This document shows positions 29,158 through 38,608 of a stretch of DNA of 58,434 nucleotides, piece after piece. The stretch lies in IMG/VR virus record IMGVR_UViG_3300035193_000026, positions 1 through 58,434 of that record; one strand, given 5' to 3'. This DNA comes from a virus. Lineage: Duplodnaviria; Caudoviricetes. Position numbers and translations under genes: made by a program. The notes under the pieces are model-generated. The model ran no database searches. It saw only the letters and a list, made by a program, of their open reading frames with translations, and had not been told where the DNA came from. How positions within the stretch are numbered: position 1 is the first letter of the stretch; each line of letters opens with the position of its first letter.

Positions 29158-29290
29158 AGTCAGATAGATTGATTTACCGTTTTATCGAATCTGAAACCAG
29201 GTAACCTGGCAAGTAGGATTCACCCGCCCGACAGGGGCTTAAAAAACAGGTGGGGTGAAATTCCCCACCACCTCTTAGCAGGAGGTAAAC

Positions 29291-29641
29291 ATGTCAAATA
29301 TAACCCACGACGAACAGCACAAAGGAAGAAACGCTGTAAGTTGCCTTCACGGTTTTTTACTATCCAAACTGATCAATCACAAAATATCTAAAAATGAGTA
29401 TGATTTAGTAAAAGTATGGCTTGCCAATATAGGTGATATCTTTGATAAATGCAATAAAGGAGCCGATGCCAATGCCAGATTGCTGGCTATCAGTCAATGT
29501 GGAGAATGCAAACATAGAAAAGCTGGCAAAGAATATTATTGCGGACATGATGATTTAAAAGATATTCCGATAAATGAAAAATTAGTGAGTTTTTACACAA
29601 TTATAGAGATATGCCCACTTGAAAAGGGTATAGCTCATTAA
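29291..29641 (+). CDS. hypothetical Cys-rich protein
   Basis: GGAGG RBS; CGEC...C...CPL. Confidence 0.7.
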   Translation: MSNITHDEQHKGRNAVSCLHGFLLSKLINHKISKNEYDLVKVWLANIGDIFDKCNKGADANARLLAISQCGECKHRKAGKEYYCGHDDLKDIPINEKLVSFYTIIEICPLEKGIAH

Positions 29642-29652
29642 GGAGAAATAAA

Positions 29653-29886
29653 ATGAAAGACAGGGAATTGAATCTATATGTATTGGCATGGACAATAATA
29701 ATAGGCTTTTTTACTTTATGTGGTATATTAATGTGGAAGCCATTACCTCAAGGCAGTAACGAGGTAGTTTTTATGCTTTTTGGTGCACTGTCAGCCGGAT
29801 TTGGGAGCGTGGTGGGCTATTTCTTTGGCTCGAGTAAATCTAGCTCAGATAAAACAAAAATGCTTTCTCAGAAGCCTACCGAATAA
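29653..29886 (+). CDS. putative holin (2 TM)
   Basis: Two TM helices then YFFGSS..S..K. Confidence 0.7.
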   Translation: MKDRELNLYVLAWTIIIGFFTLCGILMWKPLPQGSNEVVFMLFGALSAGFGSVVGYFFGSSKSSSDKTKMLSQKPTE

Positions 29887-30023
29887 TGAAGCAAAAGAAC
29901 CCTCCAACAGTAAAACCATGCCCCATTTGCGGATATCCTGTTGAGATATGGCCGTGTCCTAAATGTGGTAAAACACGGCCACTGTGGAAGTATTGGGATG
30001 AAAAGAAATCCTGGCCGATATAA
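29886..30023 (+). CDS. zinc-ribbon micro-protein, 45 aa, not in ORF track
   Basis: TAATG coupling; CPICG...CPKCG. Confidence 0.55.
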   Translation: MKQKNPPTVKPCPICGYPVEIWPCPKCGKTRPLWKYWDEKKSWPI

Positions 30024-30031
30024 CAATTGAA

Positions 30032-30310
30032 CTAAGACGCAAGCGGGTTGCCACAGTTCGGACAGAATTTATATCGCTTATCACCGCAACCACTTCTGCA
30101 CACTTCGCAAGATTCCCGCTTGTCGGCCTTGAGTGGTGGGTCGCGAGGATTGCCTAATATTTTTACAAAGCGACTTTTTAAACAGTCTTTTTCATATTCT
30201 ATAATTGGGTCATCCTCTGCCAAATCAAAATGCAACTCATCAATAGCAGCTTGTACAAGATCGTCAATTAATTCCGATGTTATTCTCATAATATCCTCAT
30301 AATAAGTCAT
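30032..30310 (-). CDS. hypothetical zinc-ribbon protein
   Basis: CEVC...FCPNCG. Confidence 0.6.
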   Translation of the reverse strand: MTYYEDIMRITSELIDDLVQAAIDELHFDLAEDDPIIEYEKDCLKSRFVKILGNPRDPPLKADKRESCEVCRSGCGDKRYKFCPNCGNPLAS

Positions 30311-30353
30311 CTACCGTCTTTACCGGTAGGGGTTAAAGATTGGTCAGCTGATT

Positions 30354-30539
30354 TTAAGTTCCATTTTCTTCTGTAAATTCTGTTTTACATTTTGGGCATT
30401 TATAATGTTCAGTCCAAGTTTGATAATTTATATCTCCCGGAACTGCATCAACATTTGTAACTTTTCTGAGAACAGGACCGCCTATTTTATAATCTTCATC
30501 TCTGGAATATGGCGACCATCCACATTTAGGACAACTCAT
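30354..30539 (-). CDS. hypothetical zinc-ribbon protein
   Basis: MSCPKCG...CPKC; GGAGG RBS before the MSC start. Confidence 0.6.
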   Translation of the reverse strand: MSCPKCGWSPYSRDEDYKIGGPVLRKVTNVDAVPGDINYQTWTEHYKCPKCKTEFTEENGT

Positions 30540-30580
30540 TTTTACCTCCAATCTATAACTCTCCTGAATAACAGGGCAGG

Positions 30581-30874
30581 TTAACATTTACATCTTTTAC
30601 AATATAAGTTTTCATCCAATAATCCACCACAAAATCTGCATGGTAAGATACCCTCCTGCTCCTGTTGATTTGTGGGTTCTGGTGTAACACATAACACATC
30701 TCTATATTCCTCCAAATATTTAGATAATCTTTCTTCGGCATCATGTAGTTCATTTTTTGCCGTTTCAACTTTATCTTTTAATATTTCATAATTAAGTTGA
30801 ATCGCCTCAACCTGATCAGGGCAATATTCAATATTGCAATCACCACATGGTTTATCATTAAATTCACAAGTCAT
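30581..30874 (-). CDS. hypothetical Cys-rich protein
   Basis: ORF overlapping neighbours; multiple CxxC. Confidence 0.6.
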   Translation of the reverse strand: MTCEFNDKPCGDCNIEYCPDQVEAIQLNYEILKDKVETAKNELHDAEERLSKYLEEYRDVLCVTPEPTNQQEQEGILPCRFCGGLLDENLYCKRCKC

Positions 30875-31197
30875 ATTCCCTCAATTGTTTTATAGAGTGC
30901 CTCCGCTCTTTGGAGCGGGGAGGCGGTTACTATTTTAAAGGTTATGTAATAAATTGAGCAGTCATACGCTCGAGATAGTTTCCAGATATAAAGTTCCCTT
31001 TTCCCCTCTGGTATCTTTTCCTCACACATTGCCACCTGATCCCGGCTTTCTGAGGGATTCCAAACTTCGCAATCACATTCAGCATCTTCAGGATTAATCC
31101 AATAGCGGAGGCCATATTCGTCTGCCCAGTACCCTCCCATATCAGACCACCCCATAACCTTCTCAGCCAGCCATTTATTTAACTCTTCGTTTATCAT
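30871..31197 (-). CDS. phage ABA-sandwich-like protein
   Basis: LNKWLAEKVMGW...WNPS pattern. Confidence 0.5.
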   Translation of the reverse strand: MINEELNKWLAEKVMGWSDMGGYWADEYGLRYWINPEDAECDCEVWNPSESRDQVAMCEEKIPEGKRELYIWKLSRAYDCSIYYITFKIVTASPLQRAEALYKTIEGI

Positions 31198-31568
31198 TTT
31201 ATTTCCTTATTGGATTAAGTAATCACCAATCGATCGAATCAGCATGGTTACAAAACTTTTTAATAATCCGGGCTATCTTTTCCTTTTTTAATTGCAAACG
31301 TTTAGATAAAATAGGTTTTACTTTGTCATTAACAGTTTTGCAATCTTTTTGTTCTTTTTCTGTATTACATATTTTTATTATGTCTGCCATTTTAGATCCT
31401 ATGCCACTCCCCTACAGTATACCTGATCCACTTTTCAAATTCCAGCTTATATTCTTTATATCCCGGGCATTCTTCCTTTAGGTCGCATTTTTTAATGCAA
31501 ATCGGCAAAGGCATCCTGGGGTTATTCTTCTTTTTCTGACAGACTACGTATTTCATCTATCCCTCACT

Positions 31569-31778
31569 TTACATATCAGGTAAAGCGTCAATTTCTTTGT
31601 CTGACATTTCAACATATTCGATAGTAGCCGGTTCTTCTGGATAGTTACTTGCTTCATCAGCCCACATACCAACTAATTCCAACAATTCTGATTTGGTTTT
31701 AACTATCGTATTCATGAAACCATCGCCAAATTCTGGACTTAATCTAAATGCCATTATTATACCTCCCTGTGTGGTCAC
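31569..31778 (-). CDS. hypothetical protein
   Basis: Acidic ORF; GGAGG before the internal MAFRL start. Confidence 0.55.
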   Translation of the reverse strand: MTTQGGIIMAFRLSPEFGDGFMNTIVKTKSELLELVGMWADEASNYPEEPATIEYVEMSDKEIDALPDM

Positions 31779-32080
31779 TTTATATTGTTCTCAAAAAGAT
31801 ATCTATTAAGTAAATCCAAAGCATATTCCATAGCCTGCCATTCATCAATATGAATAGCTCCATCATGAACTTTTCGATGTTCATCATTGGTAAGAGGTAT
31901 AACGTACACGTCTGAGCATTTAACACCTTTACCACTGCCCGGACCAAAGTGGTGTGGAATAGTCCTCTGTTCGCCCGTATTGGGATCATAGTCCATCTTA
32001 CCGGAAAAGAATGATAGTTGCCTTGATACAAAGTCAAGAAACTTTTTCGACCTCCATTTCACCGGCTTGGGAAATTGCAT
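31775..32080 (-). CDS. DUF968/Ref-like HNH-fold nuclease family protein
   Basis: WRSKKFLDFV...PHH..G.G.KCSD...IPL..EH..VH. Confidence 0.7.
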   Translation of the reverse strand: MQFPKPVKWRSKKFLDFVSRQLSFFSGKMDYDPNTGEQRTIPHHFGPGSGKGVKCSDVYVIPLTNDEHRKVHDGAIHIDEWQAMEYALDLLNRYLFENNIK

Positions 32081-32467
32081 TTAGTCCTCTACCTTGAATC
32101 CTATATCAGATAATAAATTATTCATCTCAAAATTGCGCCTGCTAAAATGCTTAACGTATGTTCTTAGTTTACCATGATTATGTTTATCTAGGGCTATAAA
32201 ATTATTTGCTCCGTCAATGGTAAGGAAGAATTCTATATCTTGCCATACATAACCCACCTGAACTGATTCGGGATGGTGTTGCAATCTTTTCATACAATTA
32301 CCTCCACATTCTTCACAAGGATATTCAATATGTGTCTCACCATCACCAATTACGGAATATCCATCATCAAAAACTCCAACTGGTATAAGTTCTTGCACTG
32401 TAACGTATATAGGCCATCTTGTTCCGCGATTATCCTGTTTTGCATATTTATATTTCAGGCTTTCCAT
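32081..32467 (-). CDS. Ead/Ea22-like phage protein
   Basis: QDNRGTRWPI...FFLT...HNH..LRTYV...NFEM. Confidence 0.5.
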   Translation of the reverse strand: MESLKYKYAKQDNRGTRWPIYVTVQELIPVGVFDDGYSVIGDGETHIEYPCEECGGNCMKRLQHHPESVQVGYVWQDIEFFLTIDGANNFIALDKHNHGKLRTYVKHFSRRNFEMNNLLSDIGFKVED

Positions 32468-32468
32468 C

Positions 32469-32765
32469 TCACACCTCCTTTAAATATTCTTCCCATGCCC
32501 TTCTCAAATTACAATCAGGACAGTTAGGGTTTTTACAGTCTTCATCAATACTGTCCTTATAGAAACGGTCAACAGCGGCTATGAGTTTTTGTGTGGACTT
32601 AACCTTAAATGATTTCAAAATCTCAATTATCCGCAAGGCCTCACTTTCGTAATCATGTTTTGTGTTATCGGATAGGTTTTTATATTGCGTCCCGGGTGAG
32701 AATCTTCCTGCGCTCTGGTCAAATTTAAAACATGCCTCGGCTATTTGGGGTAGTTTTATTTTCAT
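32469..32765 (-). CDS. hypothetical protein
   Basis: ORF in tightly coupled operon. Confidence 0.6.
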   Translation of the reverse strand: MKIKLPQIAEACFKFDQSAGRFSPGTQYKNLSDNTKHDYESEALRIIEILKSFKVKSTQKLIAAVDRFYKDSIDEDCKNPNCPDCNLRRAWEEYLKEV

Positions 32766-33046
32766 GGTTTATCCTCATTAGGAATATCTTTTTTCATAAT
32801 GCTAAATTTTATGGTTTCAATGTCATATCCACGTTTTTCTAATTCATCAAAGAGGCTTATATCCCATGAATCATCAATAACATTATGCCTTTGACTCCCT
32901 AAAACAAGGTGTAATAAACTGGAATCACATCTTGGCACACCATTACCTCTTGAATAAATAATGTCAGGTGAATTATGTGGAAGCTTACCGTAGTATATTT
33001 TTAATTCTCCATCTTTTGTTTTTGGTGCTCGATATCTTTTTTTCAT
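32762..33046 (-). CDS. hypothetical protein
   Basis: ORF in tightly coupled operon; ELEKRGYD.ETIKFSI. Confidence 0.65.
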   Translation of the reverse strand: MKKRYRAPKTKDGELKIYYGKLPHNSPDIIYSRGNGVPRCDSSLLHLVLGSQRHNVIDDSWDISLFDELEKRGYDIETIKFSIMKKDIPNEDKP

Positions 33047-33523
33047 TTAATCTACCTTTTTCGGATCTGGAATAAATACTCCATGTTCGATGCTTGCCCA
33101 CCTTCGTATTTTCTCAACATAACTGTTTTCATCATTGGAAAAAAATTCCTCAGTTGATAATTTAGTAGTGCTCCCACCTATCATCTTACCGGGATGTATT
33201 TTACTTTCTATTGGGTTAAACATTTCCTTAAGCTCTGTGTGCATCTCTTCCGGTTCATATCCGAAGTGCTCAGCGAGTATTCCGACTACCACAGGCCAAT
33301 AATATTTATTTTGCAGATCAGTACGTTCTTTCTTGTGTTTCCTGATAATAATATCAACACGGGTTCCAGGTTTAAAAGTATTATACCATATCTGCATTTC
33401 CTTTTTGACATTAGGGGCTACTTTTAAAGTATGATCGTTTAAAATATCGCCTTCAAATATTGGGGTTACTTTTTTTGCCACGCCTGAAAACACCTCCAAA
33501 ACAAGGTTTAACTTCCAGTTCAA
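33047..33523 (-). CDS. NinB-like recombination protein
   Basis: RTDLQNKYYW...E.H..LK..F...STTKLS..EF..Y.E.I. Confidence 0.7.
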   Translation of the reverse strand: MNWKLNLVLEVFSGVAKKVTPIFEGDILNDHTLKVAPNVKKEMQIWYNTFKPGTRVDIIIRKHKKERTDLQNKYYWPVVVGILAEHFGYEPEEMHTELKEMFNPIESKIHPGKMIGGSTTKLSTEEFFSNDENSYVEKIRRWASIEHGVFIPDPKKVD

Positions 33524-34116
33524 TTTAACTTCTCAGGAATAAAATCTTTTATGAAATCCACAAGATTTCTTATGCCTGATTCTAAATCGCTGACCATATC
33601 CGGGTATCGATACATCTTAACTGAAGATATATTGTCTATTGTGATAATGCCCTTTTTATCTTTGGCTGAATAAATATAATATTCAAAGGTATCTGCATTG
33701 AAAATATCCAGATACGCTCTCCATTGGTAACTATCAAAGTAAGTATCAATATTCTCCCTGAAAGTTAGCTTGTGGTCTTTCACTGTATTACCTGTTATTC
33801 CATCACATCCGCCAGTTAAAACAATATCTAATCCATCAACATTATAGGTCTTATTTGCACGGATTTCCCTTATCTGTGGCAAGTTGATTTCAGCCTCACA
33901 ATCCACTTTGAATTTAAATCCTGAATGTTCTACGGTATCTATTGAATCAGGCGGATTTTCAAGAATGGAATGCCATGCTGTACCCATAGCCATTTTATCG
34001 TTGGGAGCTTCGGTTCTTAATATTCTTGATCGCATATCTTCGACTGACATGTTATCAAGTTTATTATACCATATCAGGCTATCAAGGTCGGTTACGTGTA
34101 GAATTAGTTTATTCAT
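33520..34116 (-). CDS. PD-(D/E)XK exonuclease partnering the recombinase
   Basis: GTAWH..LE, E, GGCDG...DHK.T, YQWRAY; ATGA-coupled start at 34116. Confidence 0.75.
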   Translation of the reverse strand: MNKLILHVTDLDSLIWYNKLDNMSVEDMRSRILRTEAPNDKMAMGTAWHSILENPPDSIDTVEHSGFKFKVDCEAEINLPQIREIRANKTYNVDGLDIVLTGGCDGITGNTVKDHKLTFRENIDTYFDSYQWRAYLDIFNADTFEYYIYSAKDKKGIITIDNISSVKMYRYPDMVSDLESGIRNLVDFIKDFIPEKLN

Positions 34117-34667
34117 AAGCCCTCCGATATACATATCCAACTCTTTCCGCTCACTATGTCGGCACTTTGCGTCCAAGATATTTCGAACCTACGCGATATT
34201 TCAGCCCTGCTCATGCCTCCGTTATAGAGATGCCGTATCATTAAAATATCTTTACTGGATAACTTGGCTCTTGGATTTTTTTCACCGTGCAAATTAGGTT
34301 TCTTGCGCAATCCAGTGCTATAAGCGTGGATGTTGTTCTCTGAAGAAGTAACCCATTCAAGGTTGCCTATATCATTAACGGATTTGTCTCCGTCCTTGTG
34401 GTTACACTCATGTCGTGGAGATGGCTTAGGGGGGCCGAAATGCTCAAGAACTAAGGTATGAATGTACTTCTGGTGGACAGCACCGTCTTTACATAGCGGG
34501 ACAAATAGATATCCATTCCCGTTGTCCTGCTGTTTCATAATTCGTCCAGCCTTGAAATAAGATCCGTATTGCCTCCGATGGATGGTTCTTGAGATGGACC
34601 TAACTTGTCCTGCACTAGAAACTTCATAGCACGGAAATCCGTATATGCTTTTCCACTCTTCTTTCAT
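34113..34667 (-). CDS. NUMOD4-HNH homing endonuclease
   Basis: EEWKSI.G...YEVSS.GQVRS; H.LV...F...NHKDGDK..N...NLEWVT.SEN..HA. Confidence 0.9.
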   Translation of the reverse strand: MKEEWKSIYGFPCYEVSSAGQVRSISRTIHRRQYGSYFKAGRIMKQQDNGNGYLFVPLCKDGAVHQKYIHTLVLEHFGPPKPSPRHECNHKDGDKSVNDIGNLEWVTSSENNIHAYSTGLRKKPNLHGEKNPRAKLSSKDILMIRHLYNGGMSRAEISRRFEISWTQSADIVSGKSWICISEGL

Positions 34668-35575
34668 TTCTGAACCTCATCTTTTTTTATATATCCATTT
34701 TTAACACTTTCATATGTTAGCCCAGCATCCGTAGCCTGTTTATGTAGCTCACCTTTGATAATTGCCAATATAGAATCATCAGCCTGTTTTACCTTTGTTA
34801 CCATTTTATTAAAATCTTCAGGTGTCTTGCATTCCTGTATTTTTGCAATCCAATCGGCTATCATAGATTGCCTTTTCTGTTGTTCCTCAGTAAGCTCATT
34901 AAGGTGAGTTTTAACTGTTGATATTATTTCAGATAAAGTATCTGGTTTAACCGAAACATCACTTACTTGGATAGGAGATAGATTACCTGGATTTTTACCG
35001 AAGGCTGTATCTGTTGGACTAAATGACAAAGTCCTTTTTCGGTTATCAAGGTATAACCTTCCCATAGCGTCAGCACTTTTGTATATCTCACCTTTTGACC
35101 CACCTTGTACGTCTAAACGTTCAATAATATCGTCCCCTTTGCTTTCCTCTGAGCTATGGGCAATAAGAACCACGTCTTTACCTATTACCTTAAGAGAACT
35201 TAGCCACGATGCAAATCTGCTCTTTAAAACACCATATCCTTGCAAGGTTAATGCGCCGCCATAGCCTTTCTTTGGGTCTTTGGCTATAATGTCGGCAGAT
35301 AGAAAATCCAATGCCCGGCCAGCCGTGTCAACAATGACTGTATTATAAGGTATAAGATCATCTGCGGTTATGTCTGTTACATCTTTCCATGATTCAATCT
35401 GTACAGAATCTTGCCTGTTTGCAGCCCGATAAGCCCCCTTGTCAAAATCAAGTAATATTGGCTTGTCTGCTGTAAATGCTAAAGTTGACTTCCCTAATCC
35501 CGGTGCACCATAAATTACTACAACAAGTTGGCTGACTTCTATCGGATCTTCTTTTCTCGTTATTTTTAATGCCAT
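34664..35575 (-). CDS. Sak4-like AAA ATPase single-strand annealing protein
   Basis: IYGAPGLGKST, LLDFDKG, VIVDTAG, LIAH. Confidence 0.85.
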   Translation of the reverse strand: MALKITRKEDPIEVSQLVVVIYGAPGLGKSTLAFTADKPILLDFDKGAYRAANRQDSVQIESWKDVTDITADDLIPYNTVIVDTAGRALDFLSADIIAKDPKKGYGGALTLQGYGVLKSRFASWLSSLKVIGKDVVLIAHSSEESKGDDIIERLDVQGGSKGEIYKSADAMGRLYLDNRKRTLSFSPTDTAFGKNPGNLSPIQVSDVSVKPDTLSEIISTVKTHLNELTEEQQKRQSMIADWIAKIQECKTPEDFNKMVTKVKQADDSILAIIKGELHKQATDAGLTYESVKNGYIKKDEVQK

Positions 35576-35591
35576 GTCTTTTCTCTCCTTT

Positions 35592-35771
35592 TTATTTAGT
35601 CCAAATTAACCTAATACCACAATCAATACATATACCTAAAGCCCTTGTTATATTACCCTCTTTACAAGAAGGGCAGGTATAATATAAGGCTCCGGTATCG
35701 GTTATCTCGATAGCATCCCCATGTTTTATTTCATCTAAGGTTCTGTCTATTCTATCCCATGTTTCCCGCAT
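35592..35771 (-). CDS. zinc-ribbon micro-protein, 59 aa, not in ORF track
   Basis: GGAGG RBS; CPSC...CIDCG. Confidence 0.55.
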   Translation of the reverse strand: MRETWDRIDRTLDEIKHGDAIEITDTGALYYTCPSCKEGNITRALGICIDCGIRLIWTK

Positions 35772-35773
35772 GG

Positions 35774-36217
35774 TTAAGCCTCCTTATTTAAATTATTTTT
35801 AGACATCCTATCATAAAGAACTACATTGACGGTAGCAGCTAAATTCATGCATCCACTTGTAGGGATATAAATAATATCACGACACCATGACAATATTCTA
35901 TTTCCGAGGGTAGCATCTTCAGCCCCAAAAATATAAAATACTCTTTGTGGATGTTGGTATTCAGGTAATGGGATTGCTTCATCAATTAAATCAACAGCAA
36001 CAGGAACACAATCAAACGGAATTATACTATGTAAGTTATCTGATCTAATTAACGGAATATGGCGATAATGTTTCATTGTATCTGTTGGACCTGTCCCGAG
36101 TCGCTTTCCTGAATATGCCAAAAATGCAGCCCCAAAAACACCTACAGCCCTCATGGCTGATCCTACATTAACTGCTGATTTTGGATTATCTAAGCCTATG
36201 CAAGCATAGCCCCTCAT
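35774..36217 (-). CDS. SpoU/TrmH-family (SPOUT) RNA methyltransferase
   Basis: LDNPK..VNVGSAMRA, YIFGAED, IYIP...CMNLAATVNVVLYDR; start ATG 36217 behind GGAGG. Confidence 0.9.
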   Translation of the reverse strand: MRGYACIGLDNPKSAVNVGSAMRAVGVFGAAFLAYSGKRLGTGPTDTMKHYRHIPLIRSDNLHSIIPFDCVPVAVDLIDEAIPLPEYQHPQRVFYIFGAEDATLGNRILSWCRDIIYIPTSGCMNLAATVNVVLYDRMSKNNLNKEA

Positions 36218-36328
36218 AATTACCTCCAATGGCCGCGCCCCACTTCCGATTGAAGTCGCCAATGACTTAATGGTTAGAGGAAGCAGGGCACGATAGGTTT
36301 ATGTTTGGATCTGTCATTGGCTGTAAAG

Positions 36329-36357
36329 ATATTACTAAAATACTCAGGTGTTGTCAA
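36329..36357 (-). promoter_or_regulatory. sigma70-type promoter of SpoU gene
   Basis: TTGACA-17nt-TAATAT. Confidence 0.65.
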
Positions 36358-37113
36358 TTAAATTACGATACCCTCTTTCAGATTTTCAGATAGATATTCT
36401 CTGATATTAGCCATAGCCTCAATTTTCCACTGCCCCCCATCTGCTTCACGGAGATTGCAATAAATATCATCTCCAGACTTTTGAAGCCTGAACAGAAAAT
36501 CAGATTCTGGCTGCGCTACCTCAATAAATGTGCGATAAGGAACAAGTCTTACAGGGTTTGGAACTTTCATTTCACTAACCCTGATACCTGACTTCGCTGT
36601 TACCTGTTGGCCGATTCCGTCATCTTCACGTTTCAATGATGCCTCTGCTGTAATGTTGCTTACGAATCTTATAAGGTCGTCCCGGTCATTAGTTTTAACG
36701 AAAAGCGTTTGCAGGGCAATAATAAACTCTTCAATTTCCATGTTTCTGCCGAAGTTAAATGAAGGTGCTTCGTTTTCAGCACTTACATACCATGGCCTTT
36801 GAAGAAAATCCCCCTGGACAGGCCCGAATACGGTTACTGTATCGTATGATGCAACGGTTACCATAAGATCTGCCTTACGATCTATATCTGTTGTGTTGTT
36901 GATATACGCTACAAGACCATAAAGAGAATTAAGAGATAGTTTTTTTGCCATGGGCTCAAGGACAGGTGAATGGTCCTTGCGGAAATACGACCGGCCTTCA
37001 ATTTCAATGGTGGGATTGTCAGCTATGTATTTTTTAAGCTCATTATCGCTTGAATTATCCTTCAATTCAGCGATGTACTTTAAAGCGTCAACCTGGGTGT
37101 TTTCGTTATTCAT
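36358..37113 (-). CDS. conserved phage protein (YfdQ/DUF2303-like)
   Basis: DDGIGQ.V..K.G...PNPVRL.PYRTF.EV.QPES.F.FR...EADGG.WK. Confidence 0.7.
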   Translation of the reverse strand: MNNENTQVDALKYIAELKDNSSDNELKKYIADNPTIEIEGRSYFRKDHSPVLEPMAKKLSLNSLYGLVAYINNTTDIDRKADLMVTVASYDTVTVFGPVQGDFLQRPWYVSAENEAPSFNFGRNMEIEEFIIALQTLFVKTNDRDDLIRFVSNITAEASLKREDDGIGQQVTAKSGIRVSEMKVPNPVRLVPYRTFIEVAQPESDFLFRLQKSGDDIYCNLREADGGQWKIEAMANIREYLSENLKEGIVI

Positions 37114-37477
37114 TACTTAAACCTTCCTTTCTACCGGTTATTTCCGATACCTTATCAGATTTTTCTTTGTTTTTTATCCAGTTTTCCTGCAAGATTTCAC
37201 GGGCATCATTCTTGCCGTTATGCTTGCCGTGGACAAAAGTTGTTGTGAATGGGACCATCTTTTGAAGTTTAGAGTTTCCAAAGATTTCAATTTTACTGAA
37301 ACCCCTATCGGTGTCCGGCTTGATGCTTAAATGGATGGATATCTCCCTTACAGCATCGGCCTTTGTGTTTGGGTCAGCAATGTTATCCATTACTTTTTGC
37401 CATTCTTCCCTGAACACTTCTTCGGCGGCTCCATTTCCTACATTTGCCAATGTTACTTCATAATCGTTTGTGAACAT
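37106..37477 (-). CDS. conserved phage partner protein (YfdP-like)
   Basis: GA..E.F......V..NI.DPNTKA...R.I...L..KP. Confidence 0.65.
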   Translation of the reverse strand: MFTNDYEVTLANVGNGAAEEVFREEWQKVMDNIADPNTKADAVREISIHLSIKPDTDRGFSKIEIFGNSKLQKMVPFTTTFVHGKHNGKNDAREILQENWIKNKEKSDKVSEITGRKEGLSNE

Positions 37478-37681
37478 TCATTCTCCTTTCTTTATTGGTT
37501 GTTTTTGTTAATCATTCTTATGTAAAAAATCTGTCAAAAGTTCTTCCAGATCTCCGAACCTTTCCCGGCTAAGTTCTTCCTCCTTCTCTCCATCTTTGAT
37601 AAAAAACCTGTTGTATTCTATATCATCATAAATGGTTATATTCCCTATAAAGACTATGTTTGGTTTAGCTGCTCCCATGAT

Positions 37682-38491
37682 TTAGCTCTCTATTTTATTT
37701 AATTTAGCTTCTAATTCGATCCTGTTTGCATTGTTTTTTTCTATTAGGCGTAGTAAAGACTCTTTTTTCTTTTTAATCCTTTCATTGTTTTTTTCTTCAT
37801 TGATCTCTATTGAATATTCCTTGCATATCTCATAGAGTTTATCAGATAGGTAATCTTCCGAGTCTATTATTTCCTTAACCTTGTTAATGGCTTCATTATA
37901 TGATTTACAAGGATAGAAGGTGTTCCAACTAGATCCACTTCCGTCCCGGTACTGGTTAACGAGCCAATTTAATTCAAGACGATTATCTCTGGGCCATCTT
38001 CCAAAAAGTGATACCAGTCTAATTCCATCAAAATGTCTACCTTCTCCATAACCCTTTTCACTGGAAAATAATTCTGCATTCCACTCTAATATCTCAGGAC
38101 CCCTGTAATCATCAAAAACAACGTGCGTATATTCCCCACAAACAATAGATTTAATATGGTCAAATATGTCCACTAGCTCAGGATCAGTAATACCCTCAAT
38201 CCATTTAATTTTGGATGCAGCAGCTTTTTGAGCAATCCTAAACCCACTTATTTCCTTTTCGATTTGCTTTTTAGTTTCCTTTAAATTCTGTACATCCTTT
38301 TCAAGATTTTTCTTTGTTCTTTCCTGATATGTTTCCGCTGGTGAATCAAGTAATGATTTTACAATAAAGTGTTCACCTGCTGGAAATTCTGTCCCGTCTT
38401 TAATAAATACTTCTTGAACTATCGTTTCCTTAGAATTTAATGATCCTATTACAACAACTTTTTTACCATCTGGTGTGTATTTATAATCCAT
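37682..38491 (-). CDS. hypothetical phage protein
   Basis: 269-aa ORF with GGAGAGG RBS; coiled coils. Confidence 0.75.
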   Translation of the reverse strand: MDYKYTPDGKKVVVIGSLNSKETIVQEVFIKDGTEFPAGEHFIVKSLLDSPAETYQERTKKNLEKDVQNLKETKKQIEKEISGFRIAQKAAASKIKWIEGITDPELVDIFDHIKSIVCGEYTHVVFDDYRGPEILEWNAELFSSEKGYGEGRHFDGIRLVSLFGRWPRDNRLELNWLVNQYRDGSGSSWNTFYPCKSYNEAINKVKEIIDSEDYLSDKLYEICKEYSIEINEEKNNERIKKKKESLLRLIEKNNANRIELEAKLNKIES

Positions 38492-38608
38492 ATCCTCTCC
38501 TTTATATTTAATCTGCCCCGACCCCCGCCAAGCTCAATAGTTTGATCCGGGGGCCTTTTTTTCGGTTGCTTCAGTTTCCCTTCTACCGGGAGCAGGAATT
38601 ATCGTTTG

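Noticed and set aside
29250-29272. GGGGTGAAATTCCCCACC resembling an FMN riboswitch arm or a tRNA T-arm
   Set aside because: The other FMN conserved blocks and a cloverleaf are absent; kept only as part of a structured leader
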